Below, one piece after another: positions 42,042 to 50,791 of a DNA stretch of 64,000 nucleotides. How positions within the stretch are numbered: position 1 is the first letter of the stretch; the number at the start of each line of letters is the position of its first letter. The notes beneath the pieces are model-generated. The model had not been told where the DNA came from. It was given only the letters and a program-made list of their open reading frames with translations, and did not search any database. This DNA comes from Candidatus Bathyarchaeia archaeon. Its GTDB lineage: Archaea; Thermoproteota; Bathyarchaeia; 40CM-2-53-6. Position numbers and translations under genes: made by a program. The stretch is taken from NCBI GenBank assembly GCA_050013255.1, contig JBEKFP010000001.1, positions 608,001 through 672,000 on the forward strand. The letters run 5' to 3'.

Positions 42042-42206
42042 CGACACGGTGCACACACCCCGCCACACTGAGGTCGTAAGACTCAACAGCCAAGTCACAG
42101 TCACATAATTGCTCCAACAGAAATTATCTTGCACACTTCATCCGCTACAGAACACATGGCGTAAACGTTTTGTGAGAACTTAAAGTGTGATTCGAATAAA
42201 ACGAGC

Positions 42207-42441
42207 TGGTATCAGTTGGAGTAGAGTTTCATTTCGGCTCGGGGAACTTCATGGTCTGATGGTGGCGGGGGTCGTCACGTAAACCCAGAGCGCCTCCCCA
42301 ACAGGAATTAGAGTTGAACCGCTAGCTCGAATCCAGGCGCCCGTTGGGTTATCGTAAATCCAAACCGAATTCGTATTGTAATCGCCGCTTATGCTTGTAA
42401 GGTAAAGTCGGTTGGTATCAGTCGGGGTAGAGTTTCATTTC
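42207..42441. repeat. 29-bp direct repeat (42207-42235 / 42413-42441, 27/29 identical) containing the msrB stop
   Basis: TGGTATCAGTyGGrGTAGAGTTTCATTTC twice, 177 bp apart. Confidence 0.88.
42249..42404 (-). pseudogene. Orphan C-terminal domain remnant (YLTSISGDY..VWIY..GEALW..TPATIRP)
   Basis: Manual translation; no start codon; homologous to 41102-41236. Confidence 0.65.
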
Positions 42442-42830
42442 CTGGCGAATTTGAGGGAGGCGGAGTTTATGCAGTAGCGGAGGCCGGTTGGTGCGGGGCC
42501 GTCGTTGAAGACGTGACCGAGGTGGGCTTCGCATTGGCTGCATTGGACTTCGGTCCGCCTCATGAATAAGCTGTTGTCAGCCTCGGTATTGATGTTGTTC
42601 TGGTCTATGGGTACGCTGAAGCTTGGCCACCCAGTTCCAGAATCAAACTTAGCCTCGGAGCTGAACACGTTGTTGCCGCAACAGACGCATTTGTAGACTC
42701 CGGGCTCATGGTTGTCCCAGTACGCGCCCGTGTAGGCTCGCTCGGTCCCCTTTTTTCTAGCTACGTGAAATTGTTCTGGGGTTAGCTGCCGCTTCCACTC
42801 CTCCTCGCTCCTAACAACCTTCTGCGCCAT
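42435..42830 (-). CDS. msrB: Peptide-methionine (R)-S-oxide reductase
   Basis: [28 protein letters not shown]; two CxxC. Confidence 0.96.
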   Translation of the reverse strand: MAQKVVRSEEEWKRQLTPEQFHVARKKGTERAYTGAYWDNHEPGVYKCVCCGNNVFSSEAKFDSGTGWPSFSVPIDQNNINTEADNSLFMRRTEVQCSQCEAHLGHVFNDGPAPTGLRYCINSASLKFARK

Positions 42831-42870
42831 CTATCTCAACCCAGTAGACTCGATCATAAGGCTGCGCACG

Positions 42871-43164
42871 CTAGCGAAGGCTCAACCATAGAAGAACCGC
42901 CAACCCCGCAGTCTGCACAACCGTAATCACCATCACAAGCATCTCCACATCCGCCGCATAGTACATGAACATTGCAACGTACGAATAGAAGGCTAACAAG
43001 TTCTGGAGCAGAAAGATCCCAGCGAAAAAGAGTAACCCTGCCGTAAAGGCGGCTTTAATTTTTCTGAAGCCATTAGCGTACACAGCAATCAGGCCGATTA
43101 GAAGTAAGATATTGACTAAGGAAAACACTGCCGCCGCCTGAAGCATCATCTCCGCCATGCTCAA
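42871..43164 (-). CDS. Small 3-TM protein partnered with the ArsR-like regulator
   Basis: Hydrophobic; directly downstream of the HTH gene. Confidence 0.7.
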   Translation of the reverse strand: MSMAEMMLQAAAVFSLVNILLLIGLIAVYANGFRKIKAAFTAGLLFFAGIFLLQNLLAFYSYVAMFMYYAADVEMLVMVITVVQTAGLAVLLWLSLR

Positions 43165-43195
43165 CCACCTCCCCTTTCAACGCTCAAAACATTAT

Positions 43196-43489
43196 CTACT
43201 TTGGCCCAATTCTCTCCCAAATCTTGACGAACTCTTCATAATTCTGCTCTAGTTCAGGGGAGAGAAAATACAATGAACCATAACCCTCGCCCACCTCAAG
43301 GATTAGCCTATTCTTCAACAACACGCTCAGATGGTGCCGCACGGTCTTGTAATCCATTCCTAACCTCTGAGCAAGTTGATTCGCATTTAGTGGCTGGTTC
43401 TTGATAGTCAGTATGATTCGTGCGCGGTTCGCTCCGCCTCGGTTCCCTGTGATCACCCACCAGAGGATCCGGCGGACGGCGCTTGACAT
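43196..43489 (-). CDS. ArsR-like winged-helix regulator
   Basis: LWW..G.RGG.NR.RI, NANQLA..L.MDYKTVRHHL. Confidence 0.88.
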   Translation of the reverse strand: MSSAVRRILWWVITGNRGGANRARIILTIKNQPLNANQLAQRLGMDYKTVRHHLSVLLKNRLILEVGEGYGSLYFLSPELEQNYEEFVKIWERIGPK

Positions 43490-43636
43490 TCCGTATTTGG
43501 CCTCAGTAAGGCTTTCTGTTTTTCGATACATAAGTTGTGAATTGGCCAGAACATTTGGGTGAGACTATGGCAAGTCTAGGGCGTTAACCTGGCGTACTCA
43601 TAAATTGACTCCGACCTCCAGTCCCACCGATTTAAA

Positions 43637-44143
43637 ATGTCAACAAACACGAAAAGTAAAACAGTTCTAATCGCCGCAGTTCTCGTAGCCTTAATCGTTG
43701 GCGGCGCGGTCGGATACTTTGCAAGAGCAGGCGAGGTATCATCGTTGATGAACGAAAACACGATGATACAGCAAGAGATGCATTCAATGACAGCCGCGGT
43801 CTCGTTAACTCCAACCAGCGGGCCAATGCCCCCACATGACGTATGGTTCATCGTAGCACCCACCGGGGGCGGGGACTTCGCAATAGTTCTGAACGCGCAA
43901 GGGCTTGAACAGAACGGTTCCTACCTAATCGAAGGCGTCACGAGGGGCGGAAGCATGAATACCGTTCCCATCACAGGCAATGCCGCGGACTCAGAATTTG
44001 TGCCAGACATGCACGGTACCGGCGTATACTGGCATATACTGATGAGCGACCCACGCGTGAGTTACGAAGAAGTGGTGCTTCTTTACCTTCCTAACATGCA
44101 GATGTCCGCAGCACAACAAGTTGCTACCGCCAAACTAGGTTAG
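43637..44143 (+). CDS. N-terminally anchored Met/His-rich extracellular protein
   Basis: Signal-anchor; many Met and His; divergent from the ArsR gene. Confidence 0.65.
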   Translation: MSTNTKSKTVLIAAVLVALIVGGAVGYFARAGEVSSLMNENTMIQQEMHSMTAAVSLTPTSGPMPPHDVWFIVAPTGGGDFAIVLNAQGLEQNGSYLIEGVTRGGSMNTVPITGNAADSEFVPDMHGTGVYWHILMSDPRVSYEEVVLLYLPNMQMSAAQQVATAKLG

Positions 44144-44333
44144 CCCCCGAACTTGCCAAACCCATCTTTCCCTTCCCTTTTTTTCCCATTCCTAGCGCCA
44201 AACTAGGACCAGGGACGCCCCTTCCTCGCCAAACTGTCCCTACCTTGCAAAGAAACGACGCAAGTCAACACAGATGGTTGAACCTCCTTCAAGCTTCTTA
44301 TGGAACTGGTGTGCAGGGAAGGGGAAGTTGGCC

Positions 44334-44936
44334 TTGACCGCCCCCATCGATGCAGGCACCGCCAACCTGCGGTGTCCTAGCTGTGACACTGAATCTATGC
44401 TAACGAGTCAGACGGAGTATGAGGTTGAGCATTTTGGTTCTGTCCTGTTGAGTGTCGTCACCTGCTGGAAGTGTGGTTACCGGCATACTGACGTTATGAC
44501 GTTGAGGGAACGTGAACCCATGGCCCTAACCGCCAAGATCAGTTCCCTCGAGGACCTGAACATGCGGGTCATAAAGTCTGGAACGGCTACGGTGAGCATA
44601 CCGGAATTCGGGGCAACTATCACTCCCGGCCCGTATAGTGAGGGTTACATTTCGAACGTTGAAGGCATCCTGGACAGAATTCGGGATGCGCTAATCTTCA
44701 TGCTCTCCACGGCGGATGGGAAACGGCTCGCGAAGGGCGAGAAGATGCTCAAACAATTCCGGTCCGCTAAGGAGTCTAAGCCCCGTTTCACCCTCACCCT
44801 TAAGGACCCCTTCGGCAACAGCGCAATCGTCTCACCAAGTCCCCGGAAAGTGAACAAACGGCGCCTCACAAAACGGGAACTTCTAACCGTTAAGTATGGA
44901 CAATTTGCATTAGCACAGGCACCAAGACATCGTTGA
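44334..44936 (+). CDS. ZPR1 zinc-finger protein
   Basis: CPSC..C.KCGYR, IPE.G..I.PG..SEG.ISNVEG, DPFGNS. Confidence 0.9.
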   Translation: MTAPIDAGTANLRCPSCDTESMLTSQTEYEVEHFGSVLLSVVTCWKCGYRHTDVMTLREREPMALTAKISSLEDLNMRVIKSGTATVSIPEFGATITPGPYSEGYISNVEGILDRIRDALIFMLSTADGKRLAKGEKMLKQFRSAKESKPRFTLTLKDPFGNSAIVSPSPRKVNKRRLTKRELLTVKYGQFALAQAPRHR

Positions 44937-44955
44937 GTTAAGAGCGAGCGGTTCC

Positions 44956-45978
44956 TTGCGGCAAGAAACAATCGGATGGGCCAACGGAATATCCTTTGAT
45001 ACTGGAACCTCACGTTTAATCTTCGACCCCACCAGCGGCAGGCCATTAGGCGAAACTTGGAACGTTTTCGTAACCCACGCACACTCCGACCATACCTACG
45101 GCTTTACCACGCACGCGAAGAAACATTCTACGCCTGAGACACTTCGAATCTACGAATCACTCCAAAACCGCCAAGTCAAGAACAGCCACACCCTCAAGTT
45201 GGGCGACGCGATTCGAATCGATGATGTTGAAGTCAGGGTCATTGACGCCGGCCACATGTTGGGCTCCTGCCAATTCGAAGTTGTGACTCCCGAATTTACG
45301 GGTGTATACACGGGGGACATCAATTGCGTGGAGACGCTGACCACACAGGCGGCGCAGGTTAAGCAATGCGATTACCTAATCATCGAAGCAACATACGGCC
45401 ACCCCTCCTATGTCTTCCCACAACGGAGCACAATCTACGCCGACATCATCAGATGGACTACGACCGAGCTGAAGGAGGGAAAAATTCCAACATTCCAAGT
45501 ATATTCCTCCGGGAAACCCCAAGACTTAGTTCGGTTGTTCAACGTGTACACGAAGGTTCCCGTCGTCTGCAGCCCAGGTATAGCCCGCGCCAACAACGCT
45601 CATGCCGAGAACGGCGTCCCATTAGACTTCTTGGACTCGTCTACGGGCGAAGGCAAACAGGCGTTGAAAGCTGGTGGCTGCATTTATGTTACCACGGGGT
45701 CGGAGCATATGCCGCGTAATGCTTCTCGCGCTGTAGCCACCGGTTGGGCGCTGCGCATGGCGTTCCGCCATTACGCCGCCTTCCCACTGAGCAGCCACGC
45801 GGATTACAGCCAACTATTGCAGTTCGTGAGCAGCGTGAACCCGAAGAGGGTGTACGTTTTCACCGGGTACACGGACCTGCTACCAACCGTAATAGAGCGT
45901 AAGCTGGGCATCAAAGCGAGCCCACTCCCCGTCGTAGCTCAAACGAAACTCTTGGACTTTAAAGAAGTCGTTACTTGA
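44956..45978 (+). CDS. MBL-fold beta-CASP nuclease
   Basis: THAHSDH, AGHMLGS, YTGD, EATYG, SSHAD. Confidence 0.88.
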   Translation: MRQETIGWANGISFDTGTSRLIFDPTSGRPLGETWNVFVTHAHSDHTYGFTTHAKKHSTPETLRIYESLQNRQVKNSHTLKLGDAIRIDDVEVRVIDAGHMLGSCQFEVVTPEFTGVYTGDINCVETLTTQAAQVKQCDYLIIEATYGHPSYVFPQRSTIYADIIRWTTTELKEGKIPTFQVYSSGKPQDLVRLFNVYTKVPVVCSPGIARANNAHAENGVPLDFLDSSTGEGKQALKAGGCIYVTTGSEHMPRNASRAVATGWALRMAFRHYAAFPLSSHADYSQLLQFVSSVNPKRVYVFTGYTDLLPTVIERKLGIKASPLPVVAQTKLLDFKEVVT

Positions 45979-46150
45979 AGGTGATGTACATGAAGAGGCT
46001 TACCGCGACGAGGCCGATTGAGAACATTACCACAACCTCCGGCCTAATCTTAATCCCCGGAGTCTCTTCCTCGAAGAATCGGAGCAACCCGGCGCTTGCC
46101 GCAGGCATCGGAGCCTCACGTTTCCGCCTCTTCTCACGCGCGCTAGACAA
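45971..46150 (-). CDS. secG: Preprotein translocase subunit Sec61beta (59 aa; absent from the ORF track)
   Basis: Manual translation MSSAREKRRKREAPMPAASAGLLRFFEEETPGIKIRPEVVV + TM. Confidence 0.92.
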   Translation of the reverse strand: MSSAREKRRKREAPMPAASAGLLRFFEEETPGIKIRPEVVVMFSIGLVAVSLFMYITFK

Positions 46151-46212
46151 TCTACAAGCCTTCTAGACGCGACTGAGCTTGATACGGGCAATTAAACTTT
46201 AATTCCCAAGCC

Positions 46213-46593
46213 TCAAGTGTCGTTCTGCGTTTTCTGTCTGAGTCGCTGATCAAATCGGGCCGCATCTAAGACCGCTCGAACGTGTAACCCTTCGCCAATC
46301 TTCTCTTTGTCGTCCCAAGCCTCCACCTGGAACTTAAGCCGATCCCCATTAATCTCGAGCAGCGAGGCGCGAGCCCTCACGCGCATGCCAACAGGCGTCG
46401 GGGCAAGATGCTTTACGGCAACCTCAATTCCCACGGAGGTTTGTCCATCGAGCAGGTGCGCTTGAATCGCAGCAACACTCGCATTCTCCATCAGGGCAAC
46501 CATCGAAGGCGTCGAGTAAGCCTCTACAAGGCCACTGCCCAGCCTCGCGGCCATATCTTGATCAGTGACAACGCGGCTCACTTCACCGCTCAT
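46213..46593 (-). CDS. FlK-like hotdog thioesterase
   Basis: STP.M.ALME, SVG....HLAPTPVG, IGEG.H.R. Confidence 0.88.
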   Translation of the reverse strand: MSGEVSRVVTDQDMAARLGSGLVEAYSTPSMVALMENASVAAIQAHLLDGQTSVGIEVAVKHLAPTPVGMRVRARASLLEINGDRLKFQVEAWDDKEKIGEGLHVRAVLDAARFDQRLRQKTQNDT

Positions 46594-46748
46594 TCCTAAT
46601 TCTAATCCTCCCATCGCATAGCACAACCACACGTACGAAACGTAATCGCGCAGCGACGGGTATCTGCTTTTTGATGCAAGCCTGGTTTGAGGGTAACGTC
46701 AAGTTCTCGACTGCTGAGTTGCCTTGTAACAAATCGTCTGTTACGAAC

Positions 46749-47132
46749 TTACTTGTAACCGAACCTTTGATTGTAAACCTTATGCGTCATTACTTCTATG
46801 ATCCACACAAACAAGGGCTCCGTGGGAGTCTTGATTAGAGAATATGCCATCCTGTAGTTGTCGTCCAAATCGATTCTGAAAAGACAGGGGATCGGCTCAT
46901 GAAATTTCAGGTATTTCTTGGGCCATCGATCGCGAGACACTGAGTCGCCTAATGTTCGACCTTGACTGAGTAGGTCTATGGCATCATCAATTAGCTTAAC
47001 TAGGTACTTGTCTTGACTACGTGTTGAGTTTCTTAATCCGTTGAGGTATTGCGCGAAGTCGGGGTGCCCTTTGACAAGACGGGACTTTCCTCCAATAGCC
47101 TGAGGAGCTTTGGATTGTCCGTGAACACCCAA
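46749..47132 (-). CDS. RelE-like toxin (start uncertain or damaged)
   Basis: WPKKY, LFRIDL...YRMAY, H..YN.RFGY. Confidence 0.65.
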   Translation of the reverse strand: MGVHGQSKAPQAIGGKSRLVKGHPDFAQYLNGLRNSTRSQDKYLVKLIDDAIDLLSQGRTLGDSVSRDRWPKKYLKFHEPIPCLFRIDLDDNYRMAYSLIKTPTEPLFVWIIEVMTHKVYNQRFGYK

Positions 47133-47368
47133 ACGATAGACCCGTCCTCGGCGAAAACAATCTTCTGAGACGCTTCTAAGTATTGTAAAATCCTTACCAA
47201 TGTTCTGTATTCAATCTTATGAGGTAATTCCCGCATCAAAGCGCGGCGTGAGGGAAAACTTGCTTTATTTCGAATACAACGTTCGACCATTATCTGTGTG
47301 GTCAGCGTTGGGCTGTGGCCTCTGGACAGAATGGTCTCTGTCGCCGATCTTTGGGAAAACGCCTGCAA
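47033..47368 (-). CDS. Winged-helix putative antitoxin
   Basis: HSPTL.T..MVE..I, LP.KI.Y.TL..IL.YLE.S.KI. Confidence 0.7.
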   Translation of the reverse strand: MQAFSQRSATETILSRGHSPTLTTQIMVERCIRNKASFPSRRALMRELPHKIEYRTLVRILQYLEASQKIVFAEDGSIVWVFTDNPKLLRLLEESPVLSKGTPTSRNTSTD

Positions 47369-47388
47369 CTCTCACACCGTCAATATAC

Positions 47389-47404
47389 TTATACACGTGT
47401 ATAA
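47389..47404. promoter_or_regulatory. Perfect 16-bp palindrome TTATACACGTGTATAA, probable antitoxin operator
   Basis: Extends to 47383-47410 with one mismatched pair; about 20 bp upstream of the antitoxin start. Confidence 0.65.
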
Positions 47405-47463
47405 CTATATACACATTGCTAACCGTAACTCTGTCGGGTAGCTTCCAAGTCGTTCCGGTGGCG

Positions 47464-47737
47464 TCACTCGTACCCTCTTCCTCTGTGGAAGAGATCTGTT
47501 ACATACACTACGTTGCGTTCGACCGCGTGTATCGCACGAAAGTCGCCTATCCTTAGGCGAAAGAGATCATGTCGTTCCCTAGTTCCCCTCAATCTGGCTA
47601 TGTCGGCGCTCGGTCTCGGTTCGCATGGGTTTTCTTCTAATGCACGCACCCCATGTATGATTCGTGCTCTCACTTTAGATTCCATTCTTTGTAGAGCCTT
47701 TGCAACTTCTCTATGAAGCCGGATTTCGTAGCGCCAT
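47464..47737 (-). pseudogene. relE: RelE/ParE toxin with out-of-frame start codon
   Basis: YEIRLHREVAKAL..FRLRIGDFR..HRGRGY; the ATG at 47737 is one base out of frame. Confidence 0.72.
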
Positions 47738-47925
47738 CAAAGCTCGTCCAAGGAGACAAACGCTTTTTTGTCCTTCAGACGCTCGTACTGCCTACCCATG
47801 AACTCTTCGTAAACGGCGAGTGACATCAATCGTTTAAGGATCTCATCGTAAGTCTCTCCTTTCTTTCCCAACGAGCGAAGACGGTCCCTAGTTTCCCTCT
47901 CAACAGGGATAGTAGTAGTCGCCAT
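47737..47925 (-). CDS. Ribbon-helix-helix type antitoxin
   Basis: TTIPV..ETRDRL..LG.KGETYDEIL.RL, final SLDEL. Confidence 0.8.
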   Translation of the reverse strand: MATTTIPVERETRDRLRSLGKKGETYDEILKRLMSLAVYEEFMGRQYERLKDKKAFVSLDEL

Positions 47926-48020
47926 TTCCCTTACCCGAACTGACGTACTCAATAACGGACAACTATCAAGAACATAAGCTACTCTGTTAAGCATATAACG
48001 AAACATGAACAGCCGGCGTC

Positions 48021-48040
48021 TGGTAGCGGGGCGCGGTTTC
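48021..48040 (-). other. tRNA 3'-end-like fragment (att-like scar)
   Basis: Minus strand GAAACCGCGCCCCGCTACCA resembles the archaeal initiator tRNA-Met 3' end. Confidence 0.45.
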
Positions 48041-48145
48041 CATGGAAAGATCCCAACTCAAATGAAAAACCGTTGCCAGAGATTGATTACGTTACCAAAC
48101 AAGCCAGGGGTTAAGTAAACGAAATCTCGTAGCTTGTTCGTAATC

Positions 48146-49342
48146 TTAGGTTGTATTCGTAGGGGTGTTCTGTTCTGTTTTGCGAAACAACGCGTAGAAG
48201 AGAGTTATGGATGCAACGTATAGGATTGTGCAAAGATAGAACGGCAAGCTGAGGTTCCCCGAGTTCAGTAGGGAGGCGCCGACAACAGTGCTCGCGGCGT
48301 TAGGGAGCCGCCAGATTACGACGTTAAAAGAGGAAGCGGTTGCCCGTTCGTCTTCCGCGATCTTGTTCATCAGAAACGTATCACCTAGCGGGCTAGACAT
48401 GTTCATCAGGACCGCCCGAACCACGTAAAGTGGTCCCGCCACGATCGGACTTGGGCTGAAGGGAATCGATAGTAGGAAGATGGTTGAAAGCGCTTGGGTC
48501 ATGACTATTCCCCTCACCAAGCCCACTCGTTTCGCGATGCTGGGTGCGACGAGGGCTGTTAGCCCCATTATTATGTTCGATGCGGCGACGAGGGGGCCGC
48601 TGAACACGTCGGTCACATTGAAGCGTAAGTAAAACCAGGTCGGTATGAGCGGAATGATAAGGCCCGCCCCCAAGCCGATCATAAGGTTCGCCGTTGAGAA
48701 CTTCGCAATTATTCCGAGTGATTTGCGTGGGAGAATTCCTTCGCGTGAGTTTTTCGGCTTGATGTTGACCGCCCAGCGTGAAACTGAGAATGGGGTTGCC
48801 AGGCATGCGAGACCAAGGATGATGAAAGTAAGTCGGTGGGCTGCTAACAAATCCATGGGTAGCAGAGGAAATAGGCCGGGGATGAATGTGCCTATGCCGA
48901 AGGCGATCGTGAAAGTCATGAAGGACATGCTGAAAGTAGCTGCCCTAGCGCCAGAGGTCGTTGTGTCTGCTAGGTATGCGTTCCAAGTGGACAAATACAT
49001 GGCCTCACCTATGCCACCGGCTACCGCTGACAGTTCTATCAGAAAAATGTCAGCTGTAACGCCCGGAATGAAAATGATGAAGCTTGCGATAAGCGCACCT
49101 ACTAGCATTATGTGTTTGCGGCCATAGCGGTCCGATAGCACCGCGAATGGAATGCTGAAGATTACGGTGGTCAGCCCGAAAATTGTGAGGAGGGCTCCTA
49201 CGTTTGTAACGGATATGCCTTCGAGGGGAAGAAAGACGGTTATTGCCACTTCGTAGAAGCCTAGGCCTAAAGCTAAGGGGCTAGCGCCGAGAACCACGTT
49301 AGCCGTGTTCCTTGGGACTTCTCCGAAAGGATGCAATCGCAA
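48146..49342 (-). CDS. MFS transporter
   Basis: LSDRYGRK motif A; about 12 TM. Confidence 0.9.
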   Translation of the reverse strand: MRLHPFGEVPRNTANVVLGASPLALGLGFYEVAITVFLPLEGISVTNVGALLTIFGLTTVIFSIPFAVLSDRYGRKHIMLVGALIASFIIFIPGVTADIFLIELSAVAGGIGEAMYLSTWNAYLADTTTSGARAATFSMSFMTFTIAFGIGTFIPGLFPLLPMDLLAAHRLTFIILGLACLATPFSVSRWAVNIKPKNSREGILPRKSLGIIAKFSTANLMIGLGAGLIIPLIPTWFYLRFNVTDVFSGPLVAASNIIMGLTALVAPSIAKRVGLVRGIVMTQALSTIFLLSIPFSPSPIVAGPLYVVRAVLMNMSSPLGDTFLMNKIAEDERATASSFNVVIWRLPNAASTVVGASLLNSGNLSLPFYLCTILYVASITLFYALFRKTEQNTPTNTT

Positions 49343-49435
49343 TAACCACTTGCACGGGGTTTGGTTACGATGCGCACGCTAATCGAAAAACACTCCGCCT
49401 TGTTTTCAATAGCTCACAACATAAAATTGGTGCAG

Positions 49436-49747
49436 CTACATTCTGAAGCCGAATGCGGATGCGAAGGATTCGACTTTCCTGAAATTGTTGAGGAACTCGA
49501 CGCCCTTCTGGGTTAAGCTGTAAGTCTTGTCGTCGATCCCGTTCTCCTGAATTACACCTAAGTTCTTGAGTTCGTCCAAATATTTGGTTAATCTGTCGTG
49601 GGACAGGTTTGCACCGTACAATATCCGCGTGGGTTTAGCTTCGTTGTTTTCGCGTTGGATGACGTGCATTATGTCGACGTAGATTCGAAACTGGGAACGA
49701 TATTTCGAGACGGGCTTGGCTGCTTGGCCCTGTTCGCTGGGGATCAT
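49436..49747 (-). CDS. Archaeal winged-helix regulator
   Basis: YRS..IY.DI, PTRILYGANLS, Y.LT.KG.EFL. Confidence 0.85.
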   Translation of the reverse strand: MIPSEQGQAAKPVSKYRSQFRIYVDIMHVIQRENNEAKPTRILYGANLSHDRLTKYLDELKNLGVIQENGIDDKTYSLTQKGVEFLNNFRKVESFASAFGFRM

Positions 49748-50370
49748 GTGGAATGGTTCACCCTCAGCAGCATCGCTAGCAGTAGCAGGAAACCGAACAG
49801 TTGTGCGATGTGAGCGAACGGGAAGAAGACGGGGGCGAGCGTGAAGAGTAGGAAGAATAGGTGTGCGACTGAGAGCGAAGCGAAGGCGCCGAAAACGAGC
49901 AGCGCACTCGCAGACTTATTCATGCTGTAATTCATTGCGGTATGAGTTGCAATGTAAACGAGCAGGAAGATCAAGATGAGTTCGGTTACGAGGTTGTGTT
50001 CGAAGAAGAGGACGGGTACCGCGGCCGCCGCGATCGGAACCTGTGCGCCGACATTCCTCGTTTGCTGCATGTACGCGAAAACCAGGAGGCCATAAGCCAA
50101 GAACTGCGCAACGAAATCAATCGTATAGCCAAACGCGGAGAGAAAGAGAAAGGCTCTGTGGAAGCGAACTAGGAGAACGACCAAGTTCGCAAGGCCGTCG
50201 ATGAGCAACCCTGCCCCCAGCAAGCCGAAGCTCAGGTTCAGGTAGAGAAGAGTTCGTTCCTTCGAAAGCCTGTAACCTTTCAACGCCTGGTATGCGACTG
50301 CGCTCGCGATTGCAAAGCCGATGAACTCCATTAACGAGTCAAAGCCGAAGAACCAGAGAGGAGCAAGCAT
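49744..50370 (-). CDS. Six- to seven-TM membrane protein coupled to the wHTH gene
   Basis: Hydrophobic helices; ATGA overlap with the regulator. Confidence 0.75.
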   Translation of the reverse strand: MLAPLWFFGFDSLMEFIGFAIASAVAYQALKGYRLSKERTLLYLNLSFGLLGAGLLIDGLANLVVLLVRFHRAFLFLSAFGYTIDFVAQFLAYGLLVFAYMQQTRNVGAQVPIAAAAVPVLFFEHNLVTELILIFLLVYIATHTAMNYSMNKSASALLVFGAFASLSVAHLFFLLFTLAPVFFPFAHIAQLFGFLLLLAMLLRVNHST

Positions 50371-50469
50371 CAGCCTTCAACACAGTCGCCTAGAGCCCGT
50401 AAGGCGCACTTTTCAGGATTATGCATCCATCATTCAACGGAATTTGAGTTGTGAAAAACAGTATGGGGT

Positions 50470-50631
50470 TTAGGTTGCAGCTAACTGGACGAGTTTTCCG
50501 TTCATGAAGAACCCCTTAAGGCCGCACACTCCGCAGAGCGCTCCAAGCTGCAGGTCCGAGCCCTCTTCATAGTACACATCGAGGGTTTTCTGCCCGCATC
50601 TTGGGCAAGTGCCGCCTTCGGTTTTATCCAT
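50470..50631 (-). CDS. Small zinc-ribbon protein
   Basis: CPRCG..CGVCG. Confidence 0.6.
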   Translation of the reverse strand: MDKTEGGTCPRCGQKTLDVYYEEGSDLQLGALCGVCGLKGFFMNGKLVQLAAT

Positions 50632-50791
50632 TCCTAACCATGCAATATACACACATGCATCCATATAGACCTGACAGATTAGTGAAACTAACAGAAATCA
50701 GTCTAGGGTTATGGGTACCGGCCAGAGGCAGGCCTATCCATTTTTCGGTTCAAAAATGCGTTTTTAACCACTCCAAATGAAGGCGCCCAAC

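Noticed and set aside
47081-47093. GGAGGAAAGTCCC on the minus strand resembles RNase P RNA CR-I
   Set aside because: It lies inside the antitoxin CDS (LEESP) and no other RNase P regions are present
13685-47739. UGA recoding, since four TGA stops (DoxX, 26413, msrB, antitoxin 47737) are followed in frame by startless coding sequence
   Set aside because: Many genes end in TGA at family-typical C-termini, the downstream contexts differ, two cases are explained by duplications, and a similar open run follows a TAA (lipB)
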